From contig NC_068990.1 in the NCBI RefSeq assembly GCF_001194135.2, positions 32,433,681 through 32,497,680 of the forward strand: 64,000 bases of DNA, read 5' to 3'. Origin of the DNA: Octopus bimaculoides (taxonomy: Eukaryota). Shown here in pieces: positions 39,060 through 52,418 of the stretch; positions within the stretch are counted from its first letter, which is position 1; each line of letters opens with the position of its first letter. A program made the position numbers and the translations under genes. The notes below the pieces were generated by a model. That model saw only the letters and a list, made by a program, of their open reading frames with translations, did no database searches and was not told the DNA's origin.

Positions 39060-39613
39060 TATTTGTAAATAAAATATAAGGCTAAAATCTATATATGATT
39101 TTATCGAGTAGCCAGCATGCAAACCAATTAAGGAAAAAAAAATTATACAAGGTATCTAATTTTTTCCTTTATATATAAAATACATTATAATATCAAGGGC
39201 TATTATTGTGCATCAAAGCCACACACTTTAGTGGGAATCTAAAGTCAAACTACTTCAATAAGCATATACATGCGCCAGGATCGAGGGAATGAAAACTAGA
39301 AGAAATGCCTTCAATAAAAAAAAAGGTTTAGTTGTATACCATTAATAATTTCGTGGTCACCATGTATTACCATGTTCCCCACTCATCTTTCACTCATCAG
39401 CTGGTGTATACTTGTTGCAGTAGTTTCTCTTTCAACTCCCATTAAAGCATGTGGCTTTTATGCACAGTAATAGCCCTTGATATTATAATGTATTTTATGT
39501 ATAAAGGAAAAAATTAGATACCTTGTATAAATTTGTTTTCCTTAATTGGTTTATACGCTGGCTACTTGATAAAATCTTATATAGATTTTATCCTTATATT
39601 TTATTTACAAATA
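39060..39613. mobile_element. Foldback/MITE with ~200-bp imperfect terminal inverted repeats
   Basis: 39060-~39275 is the reverse complement of ~39400-39613. Confidence 0.8.
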
Positions 39614-40026
39614 AATATATAAATATGTGTATCAGACATAACCAACAAGTAAACAATAACATCTCCACTTTTCATATTTCTACTTTTCATATTTTGTGTT
39701 AGACATTCAACTTAAATGTATATATATATAAAGTGAGTAAATAATTATTACACCAGACAGATTAATCTGAATGCTAAAGGGTTAAGAAAGATTTGACTAC
39801 TATTTCCAGCAGGTTGGCTGACACCACAGAGCTGAATGTAATGGTTTCATAAATACATAAAGCTTTGATTACAAGAGATCCCTAAAAGATTGAGGCATAT
39901 CAATGTGAAGCATGCCACAAATTGGCTGGACAGAATGATGCAAAACAGACAGTTAAGTTATCCATTATCATATCACAGAATGCATGGAAGAAAGAAAGTT
40001 CACTATTCTTAGACAATCCAAAACTC

Positions 40027-40156
40027 TAATATAGATGTTTTCGATCTAGTTTGGATTCTTTGCCATCAAATTTGAATTCTTTGCCATCAAATTTGATTGC
40101 AAAGAATTCAAATTTGATGGCAAAGAATCCAAACTAGATCAAAAACATCTATATTA
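40027..40156. repeat. 130-bp near-perfect loopless palindrome
   Basis: Centre at 40091/40092; two mismatched pairs. Confidence 0.95.
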
Positions 40157-41149
40157 TCCAAAAGTATTTAATGATGAATGGAGCCTTAAGCATAGTATAA
40201 AAGCATAATAAAAACAGACGAATGGGTTATCTGGTATTGCTACAGTTGTTTTAAGAGTCTATATTGTGAAGTAAGCATAGTACACACAACATCCATAAGC
40301 TACATAATAGATTACATAATTTTCAACTCGTTATGCTGCCAAATAAACAAGCAAACAGTGATATATCATAAACAGATCATCAACAAGTGAAATTCCTAAT
40401 CAGAATAATCAAACATTTAAGAGGGTGGATAGCAGAATGAGGTTGTAAATTAAAGAAGAGTTAATAGTAATCCTATTCCAAAGATGTCATTAAACTTAGC
40501 AACCTTGTTCATGAAGGCTGGTAGCAGCAGAACATGCTTGTATACTTGGCAGTGAGCAGGTGCCAAGCATGATATTTGACCTGATCAAAACATGTTCAAA
40601 GATAGCAGCTGAAGCTGTTTTTTTTTAAAAAACATTTACTGTTATATTGTTTTAAAGTTTACTACATTAATGAGCAGTGTGGTTAATAAATTCTGGTGTT
40701 ACTTAATTGTTCATCTAATTAATCATGATAAAAGTTCTCTCATCAATTATTACAGAGCTAATAGAATATTGACTTTAATTAACAGAAATCCAGCTAATTA
40801 TAATTCAGGGATAATAACTTAAGGAAAACTGCAGATTAGGGAAGTTCTCTGTGAAATTTCAGAGGAGAGAGAAGAAAATGAAGGATAAAGCAAAAAAAAA
40901 AATAATAAATAAAAAAAAATAAAAACAGAATAGGATAAATCAAATAGAGAAAGTAGTCAGTATACTGTCAGGAAGATGCTATTAACATTTACTAAAACCT
41001 TCAGTCAGTTGAAGAATTAGTTCTGCAGTAAACCCATTGCAATTTATTCAAAGCAGTCCTTTCTAAGTACTTGAAATTATTAATTTTTGAGGTGGCTAAA
41101 CTGTTTTACAAAATAAATGTCACTTAGTATACATACATACATCATTGAG

Positions 41150-41305
41150 TGTTCGAAGGTCATGCTTCACCACCTCATCCCATGTCTTCCTGAGTCTACC
41201 TCTTCCAGGGGTTCCTTCCACAGTTAGGGTGTGGCACTTATATATATATATCATCATCATCATTGTTTAACGTCCACTTTCCATGCTAGCATGGGTTGGA
41301 CGATT

Positions 41306-41310
<5 letters not shown>
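41150..41310 (-). mobile_element. Two RTE 3' fragments
   Basis: Minus strand GRGRLRKTWDEVVKHDLRTL at 41150-41230; UTR tail at 41250-41310. Confidence 0.75.
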
Positions 41311-41336
<26 letters not shown>

Positions 41337-42914
41337 CTCAATGTGTGTTTGACTTTGTGTTTGTCCCCCAACCACTGCTTGACAATAAGATTTGGTTTGT
41401 TTATGTCCCCATAACTTAGCAGTTTAGCAAAACAGACTGATGAAATAAGCACCAGATTTGAAAAATAAAAGCTGAAATCGAATTTTTTACTAAACCCTTC
41501 ACAGTGGTCAGTGGTGCCCCTGCATGGCCATAGTCCAATCACTGAAACGAGTAAAAGATAAAAGGTAAATACCTTTCAGATGATGCAGATTATGATTTTA
41601 TTGGAATTTAATGTGAGAAAAATAATTGGTGGGTGCACACACGTACATACTGACAAACGCCACATGTATATCTACACAATAAAACTTGAAATTTTGAGAA
41701 AATTATGTGATGTGTATCGATATGCATGTTTGTGTGCATGCCTAGCAATTTATTTTTTACATTAAATTCTAATATAATCATAATCTATGCCATCTGAAAG
41801 TTATTCATAGAAATTTACATTAGAAAAAACCATTCATTTTTCTGTAAGTTACGAGGAAACAAAGTTAATGAAAAAGCACGCTTGTATAGGTATGCTCTTA
41901 TCTTATTAACTCTGAAAGGGATGAAAGGCAAAGGTATCTCAGTTGAATTTGAACTCAGAATGTGAAGCACCAGGAGAAATGTCACCAAACATTTTGTTTG
42001 ATCGGCTTATGATTTGGACAACTCACCACATTTTCAAAATTATTACATAATATAACCAAACAGTATTTGCTCATAAATTTGGTTATGCTTTTCTAATAAA
42101 AGTCACAAGCAGATGTGAGCCTCTTCTTCCTTATAATAAAGTATTTCTCCAAATGGTCAGTTGCTGTTTTTCTGTCAATTCAAGAATACGACAAGCATTT
42201 TCATACATTTTTTTATCCTTCTATCTGTGGTTAAGAACTTTTCATCAGTAATGTCACAGCAACTTATGAAAATGTTCTTTCACATGCACAAAATAGAAAT
42301 AACTCTTGTCATCTGTTCTGTTGGACACACACTTCTTACTGAAAAATGTATGTTGTATTATTACTTTTAAACATTCTGACTGAAGTTTGTATAAACTTGG
42401 TCTTTGCCAATTACATACTTAATTGAATTAAATTATTTTGTTTGAAAGATTCACCTTTTAGTATTTTCTTTATCTTTGTGTCATTTAATTTATTTTACTG
42501 ACTTTATTTATACAAATTATGATATGACACACTTTATATTGAGCCAGACTTATGCTTTTGTTTTCATTTTATCTTAGACATTTTGCCTTTCATCCCTTCA
42601 AGGTCAATAAAATAGTACCAGTTGGGGTGAATGTAATCAACTTGCTCCTCCCCCAAATTTTGCTGGCCTTGTGTGAAAATTAGAAAGAATTATATTTTGG
42701 ACTCCTTGTATGCTAACATATTTTTTCTTTAAATACTTCATTTATAGTTGGTGCCAAACATTTCTAGCAACAGTATTTTACATGTGAAATGGTTGTTTTC
42801 TTATCTTGAAGCAACTGCATGGTCGTTGCCTTTTCAATCAACTACTTGCAGGATAATCTGTTTTTGTTCATAAGTTGAACAGTGGAGCCAGCAGAGATTT
42901 TAAAATGGTGCTAG

Positions 42915-44350
42915 CAGGGCTGCCAATTCATAATTTAAAAAAAAAAGCACTGTTTCAAAAGCTAAAAGACATTAAAAAGAACTAAATAAAAGTGAAAAGT
43001 ACCAAGGAAAAGTACCTAAGCAAAACATCATATAAAAAGGTATAAATTTCAAACAGTTTATATGTGAAAATTCAATTCTAATTAAATTAAAATGAAATTA
43101 ACATAATTACTTTTATTTTTACTCCATAATATTTTCAAAGATTTTCCAATCAATTTCTTTTGATGTAGAAGCTGCAGTTACACATGATTTATAAGCATCC
43201 CTGGATCTAATTTTCTTTAACAGTTCATTAGGTAGTTTATAATCAACATCTACCATTTTGTTTAAGTCCATAGTCAATGTTCAAAGTTTCTCTTAGTGAT
43301 TCTATGCTAAAATGATTACTCATTTGGTTTCATAAAATTCATATGGCTAAATACTCTCTCCACATCAGCATATGCATGTGGTAAAATGAGAATTGTTAAA
43401 GCTAACTTAGACAGATGTTCAGATAGACTTTCCCTGGTAAAATCCCTATACTTCAATCCAGATAGAAACTGTCTGAAATCTGTGTCCATCATGTATTTAA
43501 AAAAAATTTCCATTGAAAATTAATTTTTGTCAGAAGCTCTGAATCTTCATTAAAATAGTTTGCTATGTTTTAATGGTTTGAGACATTTGCCAAAGACATA
43601 AAGATGAAAATTATCAAGAAGGCACTGTTTAATTTGCTCTAAAATATCAACAACAAATATCATGCATCAGCTTATTATCTAATTTTCTTCTTGCTCCATA
43701 AATTTACACTCTGAGATTTCCTTCTCAAATTGATAAAAAAGATATGGCTTTGGATCAAAATAATCCTGCACTGAATCATTTCATTCAGTTCCTTTCCTGG
43801 CATTATAATTATTAAACAAAGTGAATCAAAGAGATGAAGATCATTCAATAATTTTTGAGGGTCTTGTGTTTACCCATTAAAACTAACTTTTTTCTTCATT
43901 ATTCTAAACCCTTAGTTATATGGGCCAATGATCCAAGTAACCCTCCATAGGATCAAGTTTTAAAGTCTGCACAGAGTGTGGTTCTTGAGCTTATATATAA
44001 TAGATTAATCTTGGATATAATAAATATAATAGATTTGAAAAAAAAAGTTTATAAAAATGAATTATTTCTATATTTAGAGGTATTCATCCAACAAATACTT
44101 CAAATTTATGACAAATTTGTATCATTGTGTCTCTCTCATAATGGCAAAACCTGAGTGTTGTAGCCGAAGTGGCATCTGACCTGAATTTTAAACAAAAAGA
44201 TCTGAATTAAGTTCTGATTTCCCATTAATGGTAAAGTACTAAGTTTAGCACTAAACTAAAATAAAAAAAAAAACACTAAATGGATTTTCATGCTGAAAGT
44301 AGTAAAAAAGAATTAAATCTAGTGTGCAAAGCACTAAATTGGCAACCGTA
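42915..44350 (-). mobile_element. Internally deleted hAT transposon with transposase remnants
   Basis: TIRs CAGGGCTGCCAATT / AATTGGCAACCGTA; LALTILILPHAYADVERVFSHMNFMK (hAT dimerisation domain). Confidence 0.8.
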
Positions 44351-46218
44351 TGTATTAAAACAGTACTAGAACAATTTGTTGTCAGTCTCCAAGTCATAAT
44401 ATTACTAGGCTATTTCATTGTTTTTCTGGTTTCAGACTGTATGTTTTAGTTTCATTTGAAATTAAATATGTAAAATGTATCAAGTAAGTATTGAATCATT
44501 GCTAGAATGATTCTTGGAGCATTTTGTGCAGAATAAATTTTGGAAACTAGTGTATGAAAAAAAAACTATTTAATTCTGTTATGATGACTGTGTTGATCAC
44601 AACCAAACCATGAAAAATTTTTATTCAGGTGGAAAAAAACCACCCCTAAAAATGAAATAGAAATACCAGTGAGCACTTTAGACAATTATGATTTTAAACA
44701 AAATTAATTTCTTGAAAGCTGTTGTTTGTAATCTGAAATATTAATATCTCAAATGTTTTTTATTTTATTTTAACATTAGTTTTTGTTTGTCATCTATTTT
44801 ATGTTCTTGGTAAATTATTTTAAATAAATAAATCATAGTTTTAGTTTATTTATACAACCATCTATATGCAATATGTATCCTTTTTATATAAATTTGTTTG
44901 TGTTGATGTGTTCAATAAAATCATCATCATCATCATCTTCATCTTCATCATCATCATCATCATCATCATCATTATCATCATCATTAAAGCCTGCCTAAAA
45001 GAAAGAAACTGAAAATAAGAAATTTTACAACAAAAGTAAGGATATTGTCCTGATATTTCATTTTTCTTTTCTATTCAATGCTGCTTGATATCATCTACTT
45101 CTTTTAAGTAGAAAGTTTCTTAACAATGGTTCAATACTTCATTTAAGCATCACTTGGTAACTTGGTGGTATTCTGACTTGGTAACTAGTAACAAATTGAC
45201 CAGATACCACTAAAACATAAACAAGGAAAGGGCAGTATCTACAGCAGATAGATGACTGGGAAAGAGTAGAAGTATAAGGCATTTTCAGTAGTAAATTCTG
45301 CTACAAAAAGTATAGGTATTCTTTGTAAAGAAATGAATAGATAACATAAATGGTATAGTGAAGTTGGCTGATAGCAATAACGTTTAAAATCTAGTGAGAA
45401 ATGGAATGATAGCCAATGTAATTGCTATAAATGTCCCTGAAGGAAGCTTAACAGACCAAAAGCAAACGGCCACAAACACTCTCTCTCTCTATTCCTCTCT
45501 CTCTCTATTCCTCTCTCTCTCCCCCATTCTGTTCCTTCGGTGAGTTTAATCGGTTTCTTGAAAGAATTCATTAAGCGAAAAATTTCTTAAACGAATTTGG
45601 TGATATGTTTGCTCACCTTTGAGCAAACCTATTCAGAATTCTATTTATAGCGCACTTTGATGGTTCAGAGTAGCAAGCAGAGAAATTTTAATGACACCAA
45701 ATGAATTCAAGGGAAAATGCAATCTTGTATGGGCATTTTTAATAGGAATTTATTAAATTATTTGATAAAAGAAAAATTTCATGGAAGAGAAAACAATGTA
45801 TAAATTTTGTAACATGAAGGAAATTTTGGAGAGTTGAGATAATTTGAGTTGGATAATAACCCAGAGGATAGGTGTCTCATATCTCATAGTCTGTGTTGCA
45901 CTCTTTCTATGAGCAAGACTCTTTCTTTTTGCTCTATCTATTTAGCTACAAGTCAATAACATGGACAAGTATAATTGATTACATCAGGAGTGGGAAGATT
46001 GTTATTAAGTGTCAAGTTTAAATCCTCAGCTGAATATGATAGAAGTACCTGGTTTCTGTCATTTCTACCACCACAATGCCAAAGTGGACTCTGTGTGTGT
46101 TTATAAGTTGTTACCTGAAGTACTACAGTTTATATATATATATATAGTAACACAAAGGGAGGAATTTCGATAATCTCCATGTGATGAGTTGTAATGTAAA
46201 GAATATATATATAAAATA

Positions 46219-46442
46219 GAAGGAAAATGTACACACTTTACATAGTTTTAATATATTTTTTACTATATTTTATATTGTGTTTGTGGACTGGTTTCACTCT
46301 CACTAATCATGGAATTGAAATTATTGTAATTTCATATGAAATTACAATAATTTCAATGCGAGAGTGAAACTGGTCGACAAACACAATATAAAATATATTA
46401 AAAAACATATTAGAACTATGTAAAGTGCATGCATTTTCCTTC
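46219..46442. repeat. ~225-bp imperfect palindrome with a perfect 44-bp loopless core (46314-46357)
   Basis: ATTGAAATTATTGTAATTTCAT|ATGAAATTACAATAATTTCAAT; outer arms also pair. Confidence 0.9.
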
Positions 46443-46976
46443 ATTAATTATATATATCATAATTCTAGTCTAACAGTCTGACTTTAGATCTGATTATAGT
46501 CTATAAAGGATGGCTGGTAAATTCCACATTTGTAATAGTTACTACAGACAGGCAGCCACCACCAGGTAGAGATATTCCATTACCTTCAGTGTCCAACAGC
46601 ATCAATCTTGAGATTAAAATTCTTATATGATTTTTATTTTTAAATCACACAATTCGAAGAATTTCCTAACCTTTCTCAGTCACCTGAAAGAGAATCTAAA
46701 CTGGTATATATCTCACGACTATAATTTAATTCATTTTAAGCAATTGTTAAGTAATTAGATTAATTTCTTCATATATTAAAAAATGATACTGTGACATCAT
46801 TAATTGAAATGACTATCATGGCAATTAAAGAGGTCTCTAATGGCAAACTTTTTGATTACTACTGACTTTAAAAAGTGTTGTTGTTATTGTTAAAACTATA
46901 ATACTTTTTTGTTGTTATTGCCATCATGATGAAAAATAATCTTCATTAATTAATGGTATGGTTACCATTGTTACAG

Positions 46977-47034
46977 ATATTGTTTCAAGTTCAGGGCTGG
47001 AATTAGTAAGGCTATCATGCTATATCATACTAAG
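46977..47034 (+). CDS. Candidate internal coding exon of an unidentified host gene
   Basis: TTGTTACAG acceptor; AAG|GTATGT donor; two open frames (YCFKFRAGISKAIMLYHTK or IVSSSGLELVRLSCYIIL); no recognisable TE motif. Confidence 0.3.
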
Positions 47035-47106
47035 GTATGTGATTCATATTTTAGAAATGGTTCTGTTGTTCTTTTATTAGTGTGGTTGATGGAAGAACTT
47101 TTTTTC

Positions 47107-47554
47107 TATCTTGTTTTGGTCATTGGACTGTGGCCTTACTGTGACACCATCCTGAAGGTTTAAGTTAAACAGATCAACCCAATACTTATTTTTAAAGTTT
47201 GGTATTTATTCTGTAGGTCTAGTATGCTGAACTGCTAAGTTATAAGGATGTAAACAAACCAATGTTGATTGTCAAGCAGTGGTGTGGGACAAATGCACAC
47301 ACACAGATATATATATATATATANNNNNNNNNNNNNNNNNNNNNNNNNNNNNNNNNNNNNNNNNNNNNNNNNNNNNNNNNNNNNNNNNNNNNNNNNNNNN
47401 NNNNNNNNNNNNNNNNNNNNNNNNNNNNNNNNNNNNNNNNNNNNNNNNNNNNNNNNNNNNNNNNNNNNNNNNNNNNNNNNNNAATGTTGAAGTGAATCTG
47501 ACGGCTTTTGTGTGTTATTTTAAATGGCTTATAAACACCTTCCACGCTGCAATT

Positions 47555-47596
<42 letters not shown>

Positions 47597-47800
47597 TCTT
47601 TCACACACACACATACACAAACAAATATGCATATTACACACACAGGTTTCTTTCAGTTTCTGTCTACCAAATCCACTCTCAAGGCTTTGGTCAGCTGAGG
47701 ATATAGTAGAAGACACTTGCCCAAGGTGCCACGCAGTGGGATTGAGCCCAAAGCCACATGGCTGGAGATAAAACATTTTAACCACACAGTCATGCCTGTG
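47107..47800 (-). mobile_element. SINE family A, gap inside
   Basis: Tail at 47107-47323; head at 47645-47800. Confidence 0.75.
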
Positions 47801-50368
47801 AATTGGTCGAGTGCCTGACATACCATAGTAATAATGTGGTTTGAATGGCACAACAATGCACTATAATAACAACAATGGACTATAATAACTGCTGTAATTT
47901 AATCATCCATGGTCTGATAAATACACAGACACATATGTATAGGTTTATACAAAAACACATACTTATGCCTTGCACATAAATGTAAGACACTGTTGATATA
48001 TATATACACCCTTATGCATCTATATACTCATGATGCCTCATCTATTGGTGTATAGAGTTGTAGGCATATATACCTTCATGTGTGTGTATTTAATACATGT
48101 ATGTGTGTATGTATATGTACACACACATATCCATACAAGTGTAAATACATGTAAACAATTGACATAATTATATATATNNNNNNNNNNNNNNNNNNNNNNN
48201 NNNNNNNNNNNNNNNNNNNNNNNNNNNNNNNNNNNNNNNNNNNNNNNNNNNNNNNNNNNNNNNNNNATATATATATATATATATATATAATCTAATGAAC
48301 ACATCATCATTTTCAGAGATGCATATACATGTATAAACTCTGATGCATGTGCATAGCTACAAGTTACTAGCCAGTAATCTGCTTTAATGTGGCATGCTAC
48401 ATTTGGGAGAAATAAGTCCTTAATCTGCCCACGCCATCTGTGTCATAAGCCGGAGAATCCAGCCAACCACAACCAACACCATTGGTGACACTGGCACCAC
48501 TACCACCAACACCCAATTCTCCAAAAATATTAAAATATAAAAGCTGTGTTAAGGTTTCCAGTTGCTAGTAATTTCCACCACCACCACCACCACTACCACT
48601 TCCACTGTTGTCACTGCCACCATCACTGCTGCCGCCGTCCCCACATTAGTAGGTTCTTGTTCTTGTCTTTCCATTCCTCTTCTGTCTCTCTTTCTCATCA
48701 ATTAACACAACTAAGGAACATCCTAATTCATTTTGCTTCAGGTCTACCTGGAGCTGTGAGAGATAATGGCTTCGTTGCCATTTCAGTAAAAATGTTGAGT
48801 TTTATACATACATAAATACATTCATTTATTCATACTGTGTGTGAGCGCATGTGCGCGTACGCGTGTGTGCATGTACTTGAGTTGTATGTGGATAATTACA
48901 CATGATACACACACACACACACTTACATATGTTTGAATGAATGTCTGCAAACACACCAACATATATGTATGGACATACCTTAAATGAATGTTCTTAAAAG
49001 TCACTTGAAAATGAGTATGCACATACATATATGCATTCTTCATGTACGTACATTCATACACACACTTCTACTCAGAAACAAGGGTTGATTTATAAAAAAA
49101 ATTCTTTGTAAATATTCTCTTGATTGTAAACCATGATTATCCAAGAAGTCTGATGCAAAATTTCTGGTTAACATCTATTTGTTTTTAAGCTTCAAGTGTC
49201 ATCTTATATAAGTCCAGTATGATGTGGCATGGTTTTTAGTTAGCAGTGAATTTAAATTTGCTTCGAGAGGCATGAAGATTCTAGAAATTATTATAGCAAG
49301 AGAACAAAAAGAATTGGCATAATTTTAAGTTTAGCATGATACTGGACTCATTCCCATCATTCTGTTTTTTTTTTATTTTACTTTACTTTATACAAACTTT
49401 ATATTCTTACTTTAATTCTGTTGTTGCTTTTCTTTTTCCTAACAAATCTCAAAGAGTTTTGATAGAATGAGACAATTTTACAGTTCTCCATATTTCAAGT
49501 GGATATTTGGAAATACTTTTATTCTTAGCAGAGAAAAATATATTTCTTTTTCCACTTAGTATTTCACTTTTAGTTTCTACTTAAGATCTTCAGGGTATTC
49601 CATTTTTTTTTTTACTTTCTTTAAATTGGATTTTTGAAACTTTCTATTTGAGTTGACTAAAATAAATAAATTCTTAATAATTTGGTTTAAAATTTTCAGA
49701 CAAATTTTATTGTTGTTGAAAGTTCTGTACGATCTCTGATTGAAGTAGAATGTTGCTATCAAATTTTATTCATCGTTTCTCATGATTTTTTTTGTTCATA
49801 CATTTATATGGTTGTTTGTAATGGTTATTGATTTATTTTATTGTATATTTTGTTTATATATTTAGTGTGGGTGGGAAAGGTTTGTAATTCAATTTTTCAG
49901 TTTTTGTTCCATTGCTAATAGTGTGCAGTCTGATGATTTCAAAATTTGATTAGGTTTGCAAATTAAAGTTAATTTGCTCTATTGAACTATAATGGGGTGT
50001 AGGCCCAATTTTACTTTAATATTTGGTTTGTTAAGGTAAACAGTACAGAATTTATTTTCCTATCATGTTTCTCTAATAATGATTTTTAAAACAGGACTAC
50101 AATCTTAAGTTTTGTGGAAGAGTATAGCTGATTACAATTGATACCCAGGTCCTGATTAGTCCTGTTTTATCAACTACACAAGAACAAATGATAATGCTTT
50201 CTGCTGGTTAGATGCTGGATTGACTTATGAATATAAAATATAATATAGTGACTCCATTGAACTGAGTCATAAAGTCGTCTCTGCCAGTGAGAATGTACAC
50301 GAATCAAATGAAATACTATATGACATTCAGTTAGCTCTGTACCATTTTTCCTGATTCTGTTTGCACCT

Positions 50369-50399
<31 letters not shown>

Positions 50400-50509
50400 T
50401 AATAATACATTCTCAAAAGTAAATGAAAATCTTAACAAAAAATACTGACATACATATCATTACAAATATCAAAATATTGTGGGTGACAAGTGTGTACAGT
50501 TGGATAATG

Positions 50510-50912
50510 GTATGCTTCCACTGAGTGATTCTAAGAGGAAAGACGTAGAGAATCACTGATATGAAAGGCTATTAAATATGGAAAATGCACAGGAGAAAGA
50601 CTCACAAATGTTGACATAGCAGACGGGCCAGTTATTCTAGCTGACAGTAGTATAGATAGATAAGACAATTAAAGAGATGAAGACAAGAAATTAAGGAATT
50701 ACTGCAGAGATGCTTAAAATATCTGGCAGAGTTGGATATGGCCTAGTCACCCATATTGTTAATCAGGTTAAAGAGGAAGGTGTCATACCCAATGACTGAT
50801 GTAGTAGCATTATAGTCAGCTGTTACATGGATAAAGGAAATGTCTTAGAAGTAATTATAGAGGTATCAAATTGCTGGACCAGGTCATGAAAGTTATGACG
50901 AGAGTTGTTGTT
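50510..50912 (+). mobile_element. Decayed RTE reverse transcriptase fragment
   Basis: ITAEMLKISGRVGYGLVTHIVNQV.EEGVIPND*CSSIIV.CY..KG..NYRGIKLLDQVMKV. Confidence 0.85.
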
Positions 50913-50942
50913 CATGCTATTGTTGCCTCCACCACCACCACA

Positions 50943-51032
50943 GTGACTTCCACCACCGTGACTTCCACCACCGTGACTTCCACCACCGTGACTTCCACCA
51001 CCGTGACTTCCACCACCGTGACTTCCACCACC
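50943..51032. repeat. 15-bp minisatellite (GTGACTTCCACCACC) x6
   Basis: Six exact copies. Confidence 0.95.
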
Positions 51033-51557
51033 ACTGCTACCACGGTCATTATCATTTGTGTATAGAAATCTTTTTGCAAACATGTTTAGAATTGAGATAA
51101 TATTAATTTCTAACATTGGCTCAAGGTTACATAGTTTTTTGTGGGGACAAGTATGTGGAATGGTTGGTTGAATTGATATTGCCCCCACCCAATTCCTAAA
51201 GATAATTATTTTTTCACAATGACCCTAGAAGAATGAAAGATAATTTTACCCCCTGGTAAGATATAAAATCAGAATGTAGAAGGATGTCAGTAAAAACCAC
51301 CAGGCATTTTGACTGTTGTTGTAACATCTCTCTGTCAATCCACTGCCCTCAGGACGTAAAATTATATTAACATCAGTTGCATGAAAATATCTTAATGCTA
51401 GCATTGAATCAATTATTAGTTTATTTTTCTGCAGAAGTCATTGAATATAATGAATATTGAGATATCATGACCAGAAAGGTCATTTAAATAATACTGAGTT
51501 CCAGAACAGTTTGGGGTAAAATTCCAAAGAACAAAATATGAATTTCTAAAACACGCA

Positions 51558-51588
<31 letters not shown>

Positions 51589-51660
51589 GCACATGCACAT
51601 GCACACACACGCACACACTCAACAATATGCGTACCAGACAGAGAAGCTCATATGCATATA

Positions 51661-51860
51661 TAGACACAGGCTTGGCTGTGAATAGACACAGGCTTGGCTG
51701 TGAATAGACACAGGCTTGGCTGTGGATAGAAACAGCTGTGTTTATGTGGTAAGAATTTTGCTTCTCAACCATGTGGTTTTGGATTCAGTCCCACTATATG
51801 ATACCTTGAGCAAGTGTCTTCTATTATACTCCTGTGTTGACCAAAGCCTTGAGAAAATTG
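51661..51860 (+). mobile_element. SINE A-like element with a triplicated 22-bp head
   Basis: TAGACACAGGCTTGGCTGTGAA x3, then SINE body. Confidence 0.7.
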
Positions 51861-51892
51861 TTTTGTGTATATATATATATCCTTCAGTGGAC

Positions 51893-52418
51893 ACTAAACT
51901 CTGCTTGCGAAGACCTGTTGGGGCAAGTGAAATCGAAATCTTAATTGAACCATATTCGATGACAGGCACCTGTGCCAGTGGAGCACCAACAGCACTGTCC
52001 GAGCGTGAGAGCAGCTGTCTGGCTTCCGTGCTAGTGGCCCGTAAATAGCACCATTTGAGCGTGATCGTTACTAGCATCGCTTTACTGGCACTTGTGCTGG
52101 TGGCACGTTAGAAAATCATTCAAGCGAGGTCATTGCTAGTGCTGCAGGACCGGCTCCTGTGCAGGTGGTATGTAAAAAACACCATTTTGAGCATGGCCAT
52201 TGCCAGTACCGCCTGACTGGCCCTCGAGCCGGTGGCACGTAAAAACACCCACTACACTCTTGGAGTGGTTGGCGTTAGGAAGGGCATCCAGCTGTAGAAA
52301 CTCTGCCAGATCAGATTGGAGCCTGGTGCAGCCATCCGGTTCACCAGTCCTCAATCAAATCGTCCAACCCATGCTAGCATGGAAAGCAGATGTTAAACGA
52401 TGATGATGATGATGATGA
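51893..52418 (+). mobile_element. RTE 3' UTR with modules and (GAT)n tail
   Basis: Similar to 23700-24186. Confidence 0.8.

Noticed and set aside
40226-40620. Possible exons (EWVIWYCYSCFKSLYCE; AAIFEHVLIRSNIML on the minus strand)
   Set aside because: Poor acceptors, conflicting strands, no recognisable family
48740-48790. Possible exon GLPGAVRDNGFVAIS
   Set aside because: Good acceptor but weak donor; not identifiable
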